Below are positions 1 to 9,148 of a DNA stretch of 64,000 bases, piece by piece. The DNA lies in the NCBI GenBank assembly GCA_965250045.1, contig OZ252286.1, positions 2,150,269 to 2,214,268 of the forward strand, given 5' to 3'. The DNA is from Candidatus Marinacidobacterium sp. (GTDB lineage: Bacteria > Acidobacteriota > Vicinamibacteria > Marinacidobacterales > Marinacidobacteraceae). The notes under the pieces were generated by a model. The model had not been told where the DNA came from. It saw only the letters and a list, made by a program, of their open reading frames with translations, and searched no databases. Made by a program: the position numbers and the translations under genes. Within the stretch, counting starts at the first letter, position 1, and every line of letters starts with the position of its first letter.

Positions 1-631
1 TGCCGTCGGACGCGCGATGGAGCGCCGTTACGTTTTCCTCGCTGGTGGTGAAGATCGTCTCCGCACCTCCCGAGGGTTGCACCCGGATCACGGAGGCCGG
101 CATTCCGGTCGCCACCAGGACGCTGCCTCCCGGTTCGGGGACGATCGCCCAGATGTAGCGAGCTTCCGGCTGGTAGAAAACCCCGCGCTCCCCCCCGGGC
201 AGGATGCGCTGCACACTCCCTCCCGGTGCGGTGGCGAAATAAACAGTGCCGTCGGTGGCTACCGCTACTGCATGGATTCCGACTTCCCCGGTGTCGGCAA
301 GTACCTCGGATGCTCCCTCCCGAATCCGGATCAGCGTTCCCTGCGCTCCCCCGCCGGCGATCACCCCGCCCGAGCCGTCCGGGGTCACGGACCACACGAA
401 GGGCTCTTCGGACTCGTGAAGGCTCCGCAGTGCCGGAGCCAGCCGGACCTGGCCCTCCGGGCCGATACTCACTCCGTCGCTCTCCCCGGCAAGGAAGTCT
501 CCCGCCGTCTCGAAGCGCCAGAAGTCCCGGCTCCCGGCGAGGGCCAACCCCGTTGCGGTGGCCGCCACCAGAGCCGCCAGGACGCGGCGCCGGTACGCCT
601 TCCAGCGTCCGGACACGAGACGAACCATCAT
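1..631 (-). CDS. Exported beta-propeller-like protein, partial (runs off the left edge)
   Basis: Not in the ORF track. Manual translation from ATG 631 (ATGA overlap with the upstream stop) gives MMVRLVSGRW..VLAALVAATATGLALA-GSRDFWRFETAGDFLAGESDGVSIGPEGQVRLAP..YIWAIVPEPGGSVLVATG. The frame is open to position 1, with a signal peptide and repeated blade-like motifs. Confidence 0.75.
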   Translation of the reverse strand, partial: MMVRLVSGRWKAYRRRVLAALVAATATGLALAGSRDFWRFETAGDFLAGESDGVSIGPEGQVRLAPALRSLHESEEPFVWSVTPDGSGGVIAGGGAQGTLIRIREGASEVLADTGEVGIHAVAVATDGTVYFATAPGGSVQRILPGGERGVFYQPEARYIWAIVPEPGGSVLVATGMPASVIRVQPSGGAETIFTTSEENVTALHRASDG

Positions 632-2442
632 CGGGATTCCACCTGCAAGGTCAGTTGACGGGACCCGGTGACCGTAGCGTCGAAATCGAGATGCCCTTCC
701 CAGAGCACCGACGTTGGAAGCTCCCGGGTCAGCCCACCCGAGGAATCCCGGGAAATTACGGATCGAACGCTCGGCGGCAGGGACGGGAGGTACTCGCCGC
801 CGACCACCGCCGCACTGCGCCCGGATCCCACGAGTCGCACGTAGAGACGGCTCTGCCGGCGGTGGCGGCTGATCGCGCGAAAAATCTGCTCCACCCTGGT
901 CGGAGTGCCCGTGACGCCCTGGCGCTGGTCGGAAAGCGCCACCGAGAGGGCATCCGCCACGAGCAACGTCAGGCGGCTGCCCGCGGCGCTACGTGGGATC
1001 GGCACTTCCAATTCGCGGATCGCTTCCGCCCCCCGGTAGTCCTTCACGGCAATCCGGAGGGTGGCGGTGTCCCCGGGGCGGACCCGTGACGATCGCAACC
1101 AGGCGCGATTCACGGTGGCGGCGTGTGCCTCTTCGCTGGCGGAGATCTCCACCTCGATGTCCCGGACCGGGATCCGCTCCACGGGATTCCCGAGGAGCAG
1201 GGCCAGTGGCGCCGCAACGAGGGCGGCGGCGTCCGTGAGGACTCCCGTACCCCCGGAGGCGAAGACGTCCTCGACGGAAAGCGTTCGCCCGCCGGCGATG
1301 CCGATGCGGGCGCCGAGCCGGATGGTCTGGGTCCCCGCGGGCCGCTCTTCCTGGGAAAGGATGGATACCAGGCCGGAGAAGGCCAGCAGCGGACTGAACA
1401 GGTCGTGATCCACGATCTGGAGGTTGTAGTCGCGCCGGCCGCCACGGCTGCCTTCCACCCGTATCCGCATCGGGATGGTCCGGGCACGGGCGCCCAGGCG
1501 CCCGCGAATACCGGTGGCCCGATCCTGCTGCCAGACGCCGATCGGCGCCCCGGCGCTCGCCAGCCGGAACGAGTTGGAGAGCGAGGCCACGCTCGCTTCC
1601 ACCCGGACCTGCTGCATCGGGATGGAGATGGTGCCGAGACCGGTGAAGGGATGGCCGAAGGCGAACACCTCGCCGGTGGCCTCGTCCACGTGGGTCACGG
1701 TTCCGCTCGCCATCAGCACCATGTCGCCCCCGATGAGCGTGGCGCCCACCGGGCTGCCGGGACTCAACGCTGGATCCGCCGTCGCTTGTGACGCGCCTGC
1801 ACCGGTGGTTCCGGCCAGTCCTCCGGGAGCGAGCTCCATTCCGAGCTGCCGGAACAGCGGGGCCAGGATCCGATGGGCGGCGGGGCTGAGACCGCTCGCA
1901 GACACCGGCGCTCGAATGGGGAGCAACTGCCTCCCGTCGTTCTCGATGCCAACCTCCGGGACCGGAACCGGATCGAAGGACGGCTCCCCGGCCACCGAAA
2001 AGCGCAGCTCTGGAGCGGGAGCGACGCCGGACGAGGCTCCCGCCCCAAGGGGCATTTCGGTGAAACGCACCATCTCCTCGAAGGGTGTGATCCCGCAGAT
2101 GGGATCCTTCGCGAAGGGAAACGCGTAGGCCACGGCGCCGAGGAGCCGCCCGTCGATATAGACCGGGCTTCCGCTCATCCCCTGTATGACCCCGGTGTGG
2201 GCGAGGGGGCCGCCCGAAAGGTTGGCCAAGACGATGCTGCGGCCCGGCATCGCGCCCTCCAGCACTCCGACGATCTCCACCCCGAAGGTCTCCACCTCCT
2301 CGCCGGAAAAGACGGTGCGGCCTTCTCCCACCATCCCCGGCCGCACTTCAGCGAGCGGCAGGATGGCCGTCTGGGCGGCGGCTTCGAACGCGAGGCCGGC
2401 CAACATGGCGAGCAGGCCCGCCCCGCGAAGATGGGCTTTCAA
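628..2442 (-). CDS. SpoIVB/peptidase S55 domain protein
   Basis: Signal peptide; GVIQGMSGSPVYIDGRLLGAVAY and AFGHPF motifs. Confidence 0.9.
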   Translation of the reverse strand: MKAHLRGAGLLAMLAGLAFEAAAQTAILPLAEVRPGMVGEGRTVFSGEEVETFGVEIVGVLEGAMPGRSIVLANLSGGPLAHTGVIQGMSGSPVYIDGRLLGAVAYAFPFAKDPICGITPFEEMVRFTEMPLGAGASSGVAPAPELRFSVAGEPSFDPVPVPEVGIENDGRQLLPIRAPVSASGLSPAAHRILAPLFRQLGMELAPGGLAGTTGAGASQATADPALSPGSPVGATLIGGDMVLMASGTVTHVDEATGEVFAFGHPFTGLGTISIPMQQVRVEASVASLSNSFRLASAGAPIGVWQQDRATGIRGRLGARARTIPMRIRVEGSRGGRRDYNLQIVDHDLFSPLLAFSGLVSILSQEERPAGTQTIRLGARIGIAGGRTLSVEDVFASGGTGVLTDAAALVAAPLALLLGNPVERIPVRDIEVEISASEEAHAATVNRAWLRSSRVRPGDTATLRIAVKDYRGAEAIRELEVPIPRSAAGSRLTLLVADALSVALSDQRQGVTGTPTRVEQIFRAISRHRRQSRLYVRLVGSGRSAAVVGGEYLPSLPPSVRSVISRDSSGGLTRELPTSVLWEGHLDFDATVTGSRQLTLQVESR

Positions 2443-2589
2443 GGTGAAGTCTCGGAAGGGCAGAATGCTACCGCCCGCGTCCGGACTGTCCGGCGGATCC
2501 GAGGGGGAACGGGCTCCCGGCCAACGAGAGACCGGGTACCGGATCGGTCTTCGGGGAGCCGCGGCGCTCGGCGGCGCCGGACCGGGCTA

Positions 2590-2631
2590 ACAGCCGGTGG
2601 TGAAACCCACGCGGGTTCCACCACCGGCTGT
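2590..2631. mobile_element. Minimal 42-bp MITE remnant (the two termini only; near-perfect hairpin)
   Basis: ACAGCCGGTGGTGAAACCC-ACGC-GGGTTCCACCACCGGCTGT. Same termini as the 181-bp element; overlaps the stop codon at 2631-2633. Confidence 0.8.
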
Positions 2632-3167
2632 CAGGGTGTCTGGGCGGCTGACAGCGGGCGCAGAACCCGATAGCAATTGTCCATCCAGCCGTCGTATTGG
2701 GCGCTCGTGTTCGCGCCTCTGAGTGCGGCTTCATATCCCCGGTCCGGATTGCGAAGAAAGCGCCAGGCCCGGAAGTGGTCGTCGCAGGTGTCCGCCAAAT
2801 ACTGCGATTCGGCTCCCGCAAGCTGGGCTCGGACGGTATCCACGCCGTCCTGGGTGGTGTCGCCGGCGACCATGGCCACCGACACCATGACCACGAGGAC
2901 CTCGATGCACTCCTGGTAGGCGACCAGCGCGACCGCTTGGCCGAGCTGATCCCGATACTGGATCGGGATCTGCTGGGCCGCGGTGTCGGCGAGCGTCAGA
3001 CAGGTCTCGCGTAGCGGACCGTCCCCGCCGGGAAGGTTCGTCGGATCGGGCGCCGTGTCTTGCGGAAGCATCGTCTGAAGCGTCTGACAGCCGAGTCCGC
3101 CCAGGAGAAGCAGGGAAGCGATGAGTCTCAGGATCCGTTCCTCCATCCGCAGGGGAGCCGCACGCAT
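2631..3167 (-). CDS. Hypothetical lipoprotein
   Basis: Hydrophobic leader ending in LLLLGGLGC (lipobox). Start may be 3167 or 3146. Confidence 0.65.
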   Translation of the reverse strand: MRAAPLRMEERILRLIASLLLLGGLGCQTLQTMLPQDTAPDPTNLPGGDGPLRETCLTLADTAAQQIPIQYRDQLGQAVALVAYQECIEVLVVMVSVAMVAGDTTQDGVDTVRAQLAGAESQYLADTCDDHFRAWRFLRNPDRGYEAALRGANTSAQYDGWMDNCYRVLRPLSAAQTP

Positions 3168-3248
3168 GCGACGTGCCAGAACATTTCTGGAGTGACCCAA
3201 CACAACCCCCATCCTTCCCGAGTCCTACACTTTCCGGTGTCCCGCACC

Positions 3249-4304
3249 ATGTCCGACGACCGCTACTCCCGCCAGATGCTTTTCTCCGGCATCGGCCCGG
3301 AGGGGCAGGAACGTCTGGGCCGCAGTCGGGTCCTGGTGGTGGGGGCCGGAGCCCTCGGCTCCGCCTCGCTCGACATGCTGGTGCGGGCCGGAGTCGGAAC
3401 CGTGCGGTTCGTCGACCGTGACACGGTCGAGACTTCGAACCTGCAGCGGCAGTTCCTCTACGACGAAGAAGACGCCCGCGAGGGAATCCCCAAGGCCGAG
3501 GGAGCGCGCCGGAGGCTGGCGGCCGTCAATCCCGAGGTGGCGCTCGAACCGCTGGCGCTCGATCTCCACGCCGGGAACATCCGCGAAGTCATGGAAGGAA
3601 CGGATCTGGTGCTGGATGCCACCGACAACTTCGAGACGCGCTACCTCATCAACGACGCCGCCGTCGCCACCGGAACGCCCTGGATCTATGCCGCGTGCGT
3701 CGGCAGCTACGGGATGACCCTTACCGTGCTTCCGGGGCGCACCGGGTGCCTGCGCTGCGTGGTTCCCGATGTCCCGCCACCCGGCGTGTCCCCGACCTGC
3801 GACACCGCGGGGGTGATCGCACCGGCGGTGCAGGCGGTGGCGTCTTACGCGGTAGCCGAGGCCCTGAAGCTGCTTGCCGGCCGGGTGGAAGCGCTCGCTA
3901 CCGGGATCTGGCACCTCGACGTGTGGGAGCGAACCGCTTACCGCATGGACATCGGAGATCCGGACCCCGATTGCCCGGCGTGCGGCCGCCGCGAGTTCCC
4001 TTTCCTCACGGGAGATGCGGGCGGGACCCTTCTGACGCTTTGCGGACGGAACGCGGTCCAGGTGCGCCCGGCCGCTTCGTCGGCTCGCGCCGGCGGAGGG
4101 AATCCGGACTTCCTCGACCGGTTGGGTGGCCGGCTCGGCCAGTTGCCGGAGGTGCGGGACTCGCTGCGGGTCACCAGTCACCTTCTCCAGTTCGAGGTCG
4201 CCGGACGGCGACTGGTGGTCTTTCCCGACGGGCGGGCGATCGTTCACGGAAGCGGCGACCCGGCGGAGGCGCGCACGCTCGTCTCCCGCTATATCGGCAA
4301 CTAG
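3249..4304 (+). CDS. ThiF/MoeB family adenylyltransferase
   Basis: RYSRQ, VVGAGALGS, DRDTVETSNLQRQ, CLRC and CPAC motifs; start moved to ATG 3249. Confidence 0.92.
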   Translation: MSDDRYSRQMLFSGIGPEGQERLGRSRVLVVGAGALGSASLDMLVRAGVGTVRFVDRDTVETSNLQRQFLYDEEDAREGIPKAEGARRRLAAVNPEVALEPLALDLHAGNIREVMEGTDLVLDATDNFETRYLINDAAVATGTPWIYAACVGSYGMTLTVLPGRTGCLRCVVPDVPPPGVSPTCDTAGVIAPAVQAVASYAVAEALKLLAGRVEALATGIWHLDVWERTAYRMDIGDPDPDCPACGRREFPFLTGDAGGTLLTLCGRNAVQVRPAASSARAGGGNPDFLDRLGGRLGQLPEVRDSLRVTSHLLQFEVAGRRLVVFPDGRAIVHGSGDPAEARTLVSRYIGN

Positions 4305-4306
4305 CC

Positions 4307-5407
4307 ATGAAGTCCACCGATTCGCTGCTTCGCGCTCCCTCCGGGGCGATCACCCACGTGGGGGCGGCGGCGCGCCGCCGCCGGCAGGTCGAAGAGACCG
4401 CCGCTGGAGTGTTCCGCGGCTGGGGATATGAGGAGGTCCTGCTGCCGCTCTTCGATCACGCGGAAGTGTTCGCTCGTGGCGGTGGACGCTGGTCGGAGCG
4501 GTCCAGCTACCGGTTCACCGAAGGAGGGGATCTGCTCGCTCTCCGCGCCGACTTCACCGCGCTCGCGGCGCGGGCCGCGGTGACCCGGCTGCCCGCTGAA
4601 GCGGAGCGGCTCTTCTACCGTGGCGAGGTGGTGCGCCGGCCGGGCCGGGGTCTCGGCCCCTCGGCTTTCCGGGAGGTGGGAGTGGAGCACTTCGCCGCCG
4701 GCGCGGCCGCCGATCTCGAGATCCTGCTGGTGGCCCTCGAGGTGCTCGAGCGGCTCGGAGTGAGCGATTTTGTCTTCACCCTCGGGCATGCCGGCTACCC
4801 GCTGGCGCTGCTGGATGAGGCGCTCGCCGGGGCCGCCGATCGGGATGAGCGGCGCGCGGAGGCGCTCCGGGGCCTCTGGCGGCGCGATTCCTCCCGGATC
4901 CGCGCCGCGCTCGGGCCGGGCGCCGCTCCACTCGTTCGGGCGCTCGAGTTCTTCGGCGGGACCGAGGTGCTGGAGGAAGCGGGGAAGAGCCCGCTTCCCG
5001 GGCGCGCCCGCGAGGCGGTGGACCGGCTCACCGGCATCGCCCAGGTGCTGGAGACCCTGGACCTCGCCGACCGGTTCCGGTTCGATGTGGCCGAACTGCG
5101 GGGTTTCGACTACTACACCGGGCTCATCTTCGAGATCCACGCTCCCGGCGCCGGTCAGGAGATCGGAGGAGGGGGCCGTTATGACGACTTGCTCGCGAAC
5201 TTCGGCGACCCGCGTCCGGCCGTCGGTTTCTCGCTCTCGGTGGATCGGATCTCCGGGATCCTCCCCGAGTCATCGGACTCCGACCGCGGCCGCGCCCAAA
5301 CCATCGCGGGTGGATCGGACACCGAGAGTGGGCTGGCGGCCCGTTTCCGGGAGGCCCGCGCCGCCCGGAAGCAGGGCGCCGTCATTCGATTCGCGTCCGA
5401 GCGCTGA
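4307..5407 (+). CDS. hisZ: ATP phosphoribosyltransferase regulatory subunit
   Basis: HisRS-like motifs LALRADFT, FDYYTGLIFE, GGGGRYDDLL, PAVGFS; a short-form hisG is nearby; start ATG 4307. Confidence 0.9.
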   Translation: MKSTDSLLRAPSGAITHVGAAARRRRQVEETAAGVFRGWGYEEVLLPLFDHAEVFARGGGRWSERSSYRFTEGGDLLALRADFTALAARAAVTRLPAEAERLFYRGEVVRRPGRGLGPSAFREVGVEHFAAGAAADLEILLVALEVLERLGVSDFVFTLGHAGYPLALLDEALAGAADRDERRAEALRGLWRRDSSRIRAALGPGAAPLVRALEFFGGTEVLEEAGKSPLPGRAREAVDRLTGIAQVLETLDLADRFRFDVAELRGFDYYTGLIFEIHAPGAGQEIGGGGRYDDLLANFGDPRPAVGFSLSVDRISGILPESSDSDRGRAQTIAGGSDTESGLAARFREARAARKQGAVIRFASER

Positions 5408-5443
5408 GCTCCCGCGGGAAACCGATCCGGGAGGTGGCGCGAA

Positions 5444-5926
5444 CTAGTTGACGGAGCAATCGGTGACGTCGCAGCGAATGGTGACCGCCTCGCAGCCCGG
5501 CGTTACCACCGCGAGTTCGAGAGTCCCGATCCACTCGATCGTCAACTGCCAACCGGGTCCCGCCCCGGTGGCGGGCCCGAATTCCCGGATGGTCGCCGCG
5601 CTCGGCGCGGGGTGCGACCATCCCGGCCGATAGGGAGAAAGGACTTCGACGGCGGTCTCCGAACTCAGGTCGTTCAGCTCGAACACGCCGCGGGGAATCC
5701 CCATCGTGGGGTCGGGGATTCCCCGATGATCCGCCGAGATGGACAGATCGCCACATGGATCGGAGGATGAAGGAACCGGTTCCGGCGCGGGGGTTGGGGT
5801 GGCCGGGGGTGGAGCGGGGACGGGTCCTCCCACCGAACCCGACTCCCCGCATCCCGAAAGCGAGCCGCCAAGCAGAAGCACAACCAACACGGACGGCCGG
5901 ACGGGGCGAGGTCGGGAACTGGTCAA
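5444..5926 (-). CDS. Hypothetical lipoprotein (paralogue of 6935-7372)
   Basis: TTG 5926 overlaps the upstream TGA; lipobox LSGC; shares LSPY..LTIEWIGTLELAVVTPGCEAVTIRC with the paralogue. Confidence 0.7.
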   Translation of the reverse strand: MTSSRPRPVRPSVLVVLLLGGSLSGCGESGSVGGPVPAPPPATPTPAPEPVPSSSDPCGDLSISADHRGIPDPTMGIPRGVFELNDLSSETAVEVLSPYRPGWSHPAPSAATIREFGPATGAGPGWQLTIEWIGTLELAVVTPGCEAVTIRCDVTDCSVN

Positions 5927-6945
5927 GGGGGGGCTCGCCTTGGTCCGCGGATCGCCGGACCCCGTGTTTCGGTGACTTCGCCCGCTCGAACCTCGACAAA
6001 GCGCCACTGGTCCCGTCGGTCCTGGTCAACCGTCTGAAAGAAGTAGTAGTTGCGACTGCGGATCGGACGGATTATCAGCACGTTCCGGCCCGGAGGGACG
6101 CCCTCGACGAGGAAGCGGCCCTGTCGGTCGGAGAACGCCCCAGGACCGTCGCGGGTGCTTCCGCCGGAGACGTTCATTGTCTGGACGTAGGCGTACGCGA
6201 TCGGAGATCCCTCCTCGTCGGTCAACTCCCCCCGGACGGCACCGTGCGAAGCGGTGAATCCGGGCGGCGGATACAGCACCGACACGCCCGAAATGTCGTC
6301 GGCGGTGAGCTCGTTATCGCGATGTCCGTCGGACATCACCGGATCGGGAGTCGTCGCCGAGAAGCGTTCGGTGTGCCCTAGGCCCAGGCAGTGGCCGATC
6401 TGGTGCAGGATCCACGCCTCCAACCACGGGGCGCTGTCGTTTTTTTCGAGAGCCATAGGGTTCAGCTCGATGTCGCAGCCGGTAATCACTCCATTGCGAA
6501 TCGTCGTGGAATTGACCGCCGGCGGCGCGCGCGACTCCAGCAGCAGCGGGAAGCTGGAGACGCCGATGGTATTGAGTCCGTCGGTAGTGGAAGCCCAATT
6601 TCGGTTGACCGTCTCGTCCTCGAGAAACAACCGGATCGTTGCGGGGGGGACATGGGTCCAGCGCCAGAGCGCGCGCCGGGCCGTTTTTTGCCACTCCCCG
6701 TTTCTCCAGAATCGGAGGCCGTCGTCGTTCCCGTTCTCGAGCAACCGGAAGGCGACGGACCGGTTGTCGTCAGCCCAGCGCGGGGCCTGGGCGGACGTGA
6801 CGACTCGCTGCCGGGCGTCCCGGAAGGAGTAGGCGAGACCGAGGGGCACGGCCAGGGCGAACGCGGCGAGTCCCGCCAACCCGACGCCGGCGGCCCGCAG
6901 CACACCGGTTCCGTCCGGGGCCTTTCGCACGTCGCTATCCGGCAC
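5923..6945 (-). CDS. Matrixin/metzincin-like exported protein with catalytic E>Q and a C-terminal carboxypeptidase-regulatory-like domain
   Basis: HQIGHCLGLGH, Met-turn DPVMS, DGLNTIG, GCDIELN; C-terminal GRFLVEGVPPG. Confidence 0.8.
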   Translation of the reverse strand: MPDSDVRKAPDGTGVLRAAGVGLAGLAAFALAVPLGLAYSFRDARQRVVTSAQAPRWADDNRSVAFRLLENGNDDGLRFWRNGEWQKTARRALWRWTHVPPATIRLFLEDETVNRNWASTTDGLNTIGVSSFPLLLESRAPPAVNSTTIRNGVITGCDIELNPMALEKNDSAPWLEAWILHQIGHCLGLGHTERFSATTPDPVMSDGHRDNELTADDISGVSVLYPPPGFTASHGAVRGELTDEEGSPIAYAYVQTMNVSGGSTRDGPGAFSDRQGRFLVEGVPPGRNVLIIRPIRSRNYYFFQTVDQDRRDQWRFVEVRAGEVTETRGPAIRGPRRAPP

Positions 6946-7372
6946 AGCGCCGCGCGTAACAGCGCACCACCACCGCCGGGCAGCCGGGAGCCACGATCTC
7001 CAGTTCCAGATCTCCGAGCCAGTCCAGGGTCAGCTCCTGGAGGTAGCCGTCGCCGGTTGTTTCGGAGCGGAACCCCTGCAGGAAAACGAGAGGGCGGGGA
7101 AACACGCGGATATCGCTGTAGGCGCTGCCGAAGTAGGGGGAAAGGAGGTTGACCACCGTCCCCGGGTCCCGGTAGCGAATCGAGATCCTGCCCCGCTGCC
7201 GCCCGGTGCTCGGGTCCTCGGGACCCACCAGCGAGCCGAGGACAGATGTTTCGCCGCATTCCGTCTGCGCCGCCGCCTCGCTGCTGTCCTCCATGATCGG
7301 AGGGTCTCCCCGTCCGGCGAACGAGGCGACAAGGACTATTGCGGCCGCGGCGAGGGCGTTGCGAGGCATCAC
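6935..7372 (-). CDS. Hypothetical exported Cys-containing protein (paralogue of 5444-5926)
   Basis: Signal-like N-terminus; LLSPY..LTLDWLGDLELEIVAPGCPAVVVRC. Confidence 0.7.
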   Translation of the reverse strand: MMPRNALAAAAIVLVASFAGRGDPPIMEDSSEAAAQTECGETSVLGSLVGPEDPSTGRQRGRISIRYRDPGTVVNLLSPYFGSAYSDIRVFPRPLVFLQGFRSETTGDGYLQELTLDWLGDLELEIVAPGCPAVVVRCYARRCAG

Positions 7373-8433
7373 TCGATGGTTGCCCGTCCGCGCCGGAGCG
7401 CGATGGCCGGAACCTCCGTCGTCTCACCCGCGGTGACTTCCGCGAACAACCACTGATCCTGGAACCAGAACGCAAATTCGCCGACGAACTGGTGGGCGCC
7501 GGGAATGACGCTCGGGTGGAACCAAAGCATGACCGGGCCGGGCCGTAGCCCTTCGATAAGGAAACGGCCATCTTCGTCGGTGAACATTCCAGGACCGGCG
7601 CGGGGGCGCGTACTCCCGATCTCGACCGCCTGCGCGTAGATGTATCGAACCGGCGCCCCGTCGTCGAACCGGACGGTGCCCGTGAGGCCACCGGTGGAAT
7701 CACGGAATTCGGGCGCCGGATACAGGAGCGAGGCGGCCACCATGTCGTCCACGGTGAGCGACTCCCGAAAGTTCCCGTAGGACATCGCGGGGTCGGGCGA
7801 AAAGCCCGTGAGGTTCACTCCCGGCAGTTCAACGTGGATCGTCATCGGCATCGGATCCGAGTGGAGCAGGGGAAGGCAGTGCCCAATTTCGTGCAGCACG
7901 AGTCCGGTCAACTTCTCCAGTCGATCCTCTTCCGGGAGGGTGGCGGGGTAGGCGGGGTTAACCATCACGTCGCAGCCCACGAGCCGGTCGCCCTCGAGCA
8001 CCCACGAGACCCGCCCGTTGATCCGGCCGCCTGTCGCCTCGAGGTCGGCGGAAAAGCCGATGGTGTTGATCCCGTCCCCGTCCGACCCATCCCGCTGCAT
8101 GACGGGTTCCCCTTCCAGCCGGATGTCCACTTCCGCGGTCGGGATGTCGTTCCACTGCTGGAAGGCGGCGCCGAGGAACTCGCGCCACGCGTCGTGGTCC
8201 GCGAACACATCCACGGGGAGGAGGTCGTTCTCGAGCAGCCGATAACGGAGCGGCCAGGCGTCGTCCGGCCAGCGGAAGGCCCCCGACTCCCCTCCGAGGA
8301 CGGCGCCCTCCCGATCATGCATGAGCCGATACGCCGGCGCCTCCGGCGCCGCGACCAGTGTTCCCCCGACAACAAGTCCCGCTCCTAGCCGAACCAGACG
8401 CGGGGCCACTCGATCCCTCCGAACGGAGTTCAT
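7369..8433 (-). CDS. Matrixin family metallopeptidase with C-terminal carboxypeptidase-regulatory-like domain
   Basis: HEIGHCLPLLH, DPAMSYG, DGINTIG, GCDVMVN; start ATG 8433 chosen. Confidence 0.82.
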   Translation of the reverse strand: MNSVRRDRVAPRLVRLGAGLVVGGTLVAAPEAPAYRLMHDREGAVLGGESGAFRWPDDAWPLRYRLLENDLLPVDVFADHDAWREFLGAAFQQWNDIPTAEVDIRLEGEPVMQRDGSDGDGINTIGFSADLEATGGRINGRVSWVLEGDRLVGCDVMVNPAYPATLPEEDRLEKLTGLVLHEIGHCLPLLHSDPMPMTIHVELPGVNLTGFSPDPAMSYGNFRESLTVDDMVAASLLYPAPEFRDSTGGLTGTVRFDDGAPVRYIYAQAVEIGSTRPRAGPGMFTDEDGRFLIEGLRPGPVMLWFHPSVIPGAHQFVGEFAFWFQDQWLFAEVTAGETTEVPAIALRRGRATIE

Positions 8434-8524
8434 GGCTCCCAGAGCGCGCCCCTCACGATTCGCATCGTACGCAAAATACGCGCCGCGCGGCACGGCAGGC
8501 TCCTAAAATCCCCGGGTTCCCGCC

Positions 8525-9148
8525 ATGAATCCCCCGCTCGTCGCCGCCCTTCCCACCGGGCGGCTGCTACGGGCGGTGACGAGCTTGCTGCGGGGCGCCG
8601 GGGTTCCCTTGCCCGAAGGAAATGCCGACCGCCGGCTGCGTCTTCAGGGGAACGGGATGGAGGTGTTGTTCGCCAAGGATCGCGACGTTCCCATCTACGT
8701 GGAGCACGGAGTGGCTGATTTCGGAGTGGTCGGCCGGGACATCCTGGAGGAACGGCCGGCCCACATCTACGAGCCGCTCGACCTCGGCCTTGGCCGCTGC
8801 CGGATGGTTCTCGCCCGGCTTGAGGGGCGTCCGTTGCCCGAGCCGCCGCTCCGAATCGCGACGAAGTACCCCGCGGTGGCGACCCGGCATTTCGGCGCCC
8901 AGGGGATTCCCGTCGAGCTGATTCGACTCGCCGGCGCCATCGAACTGGCGCCGACGATGGATCTCGCCGACGCCATTGTGGACCTTGTCGAGACCGGGGT
9001 GACGCTTCGGGACAACGGCCTGATCGAGGAGGAAACGCTCTTCGAGAGCTCCGCGCGGGTCGTGGTGAACCGTGCCTCTTTCCGTCTCCGTGGATCGGCC
9101 CTCCAGGCGCTGCTTCGGCGGCTGGAGACCGCGATGGGGAAAACATGA
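8525..9148 (+). CDS. hisG: ATP phosphoribosyltransferase, short form
   Basis: DVPIYVEHGVADFGVVGRD, IATKYP, IELAP, DLVETG. Confidence 0.95.
   Translation: MNPPLVAALPTGRLLRAVTSLLRGAGVPLPEGNADRRLRLQGNGMEVLFAKDRDVPIYVEHGVADFGVVGRDILEERPAHIYEPLDLGLGRCRMVLARLEGRPLPEPPLRIATKYPAVATRHFGAQGIPVELIRLAGAIELAPTMDLADAIVDLVETGVTLRDNGLIEEETLFESSARVVVNRASFRLRGSALQALLRRLETAMGKT

Noticed and set aside
181-200. Homopolymer frameshift in the first gene
   Set aside because: A recount gives 7 C, which keeps the minus-strand frame open.
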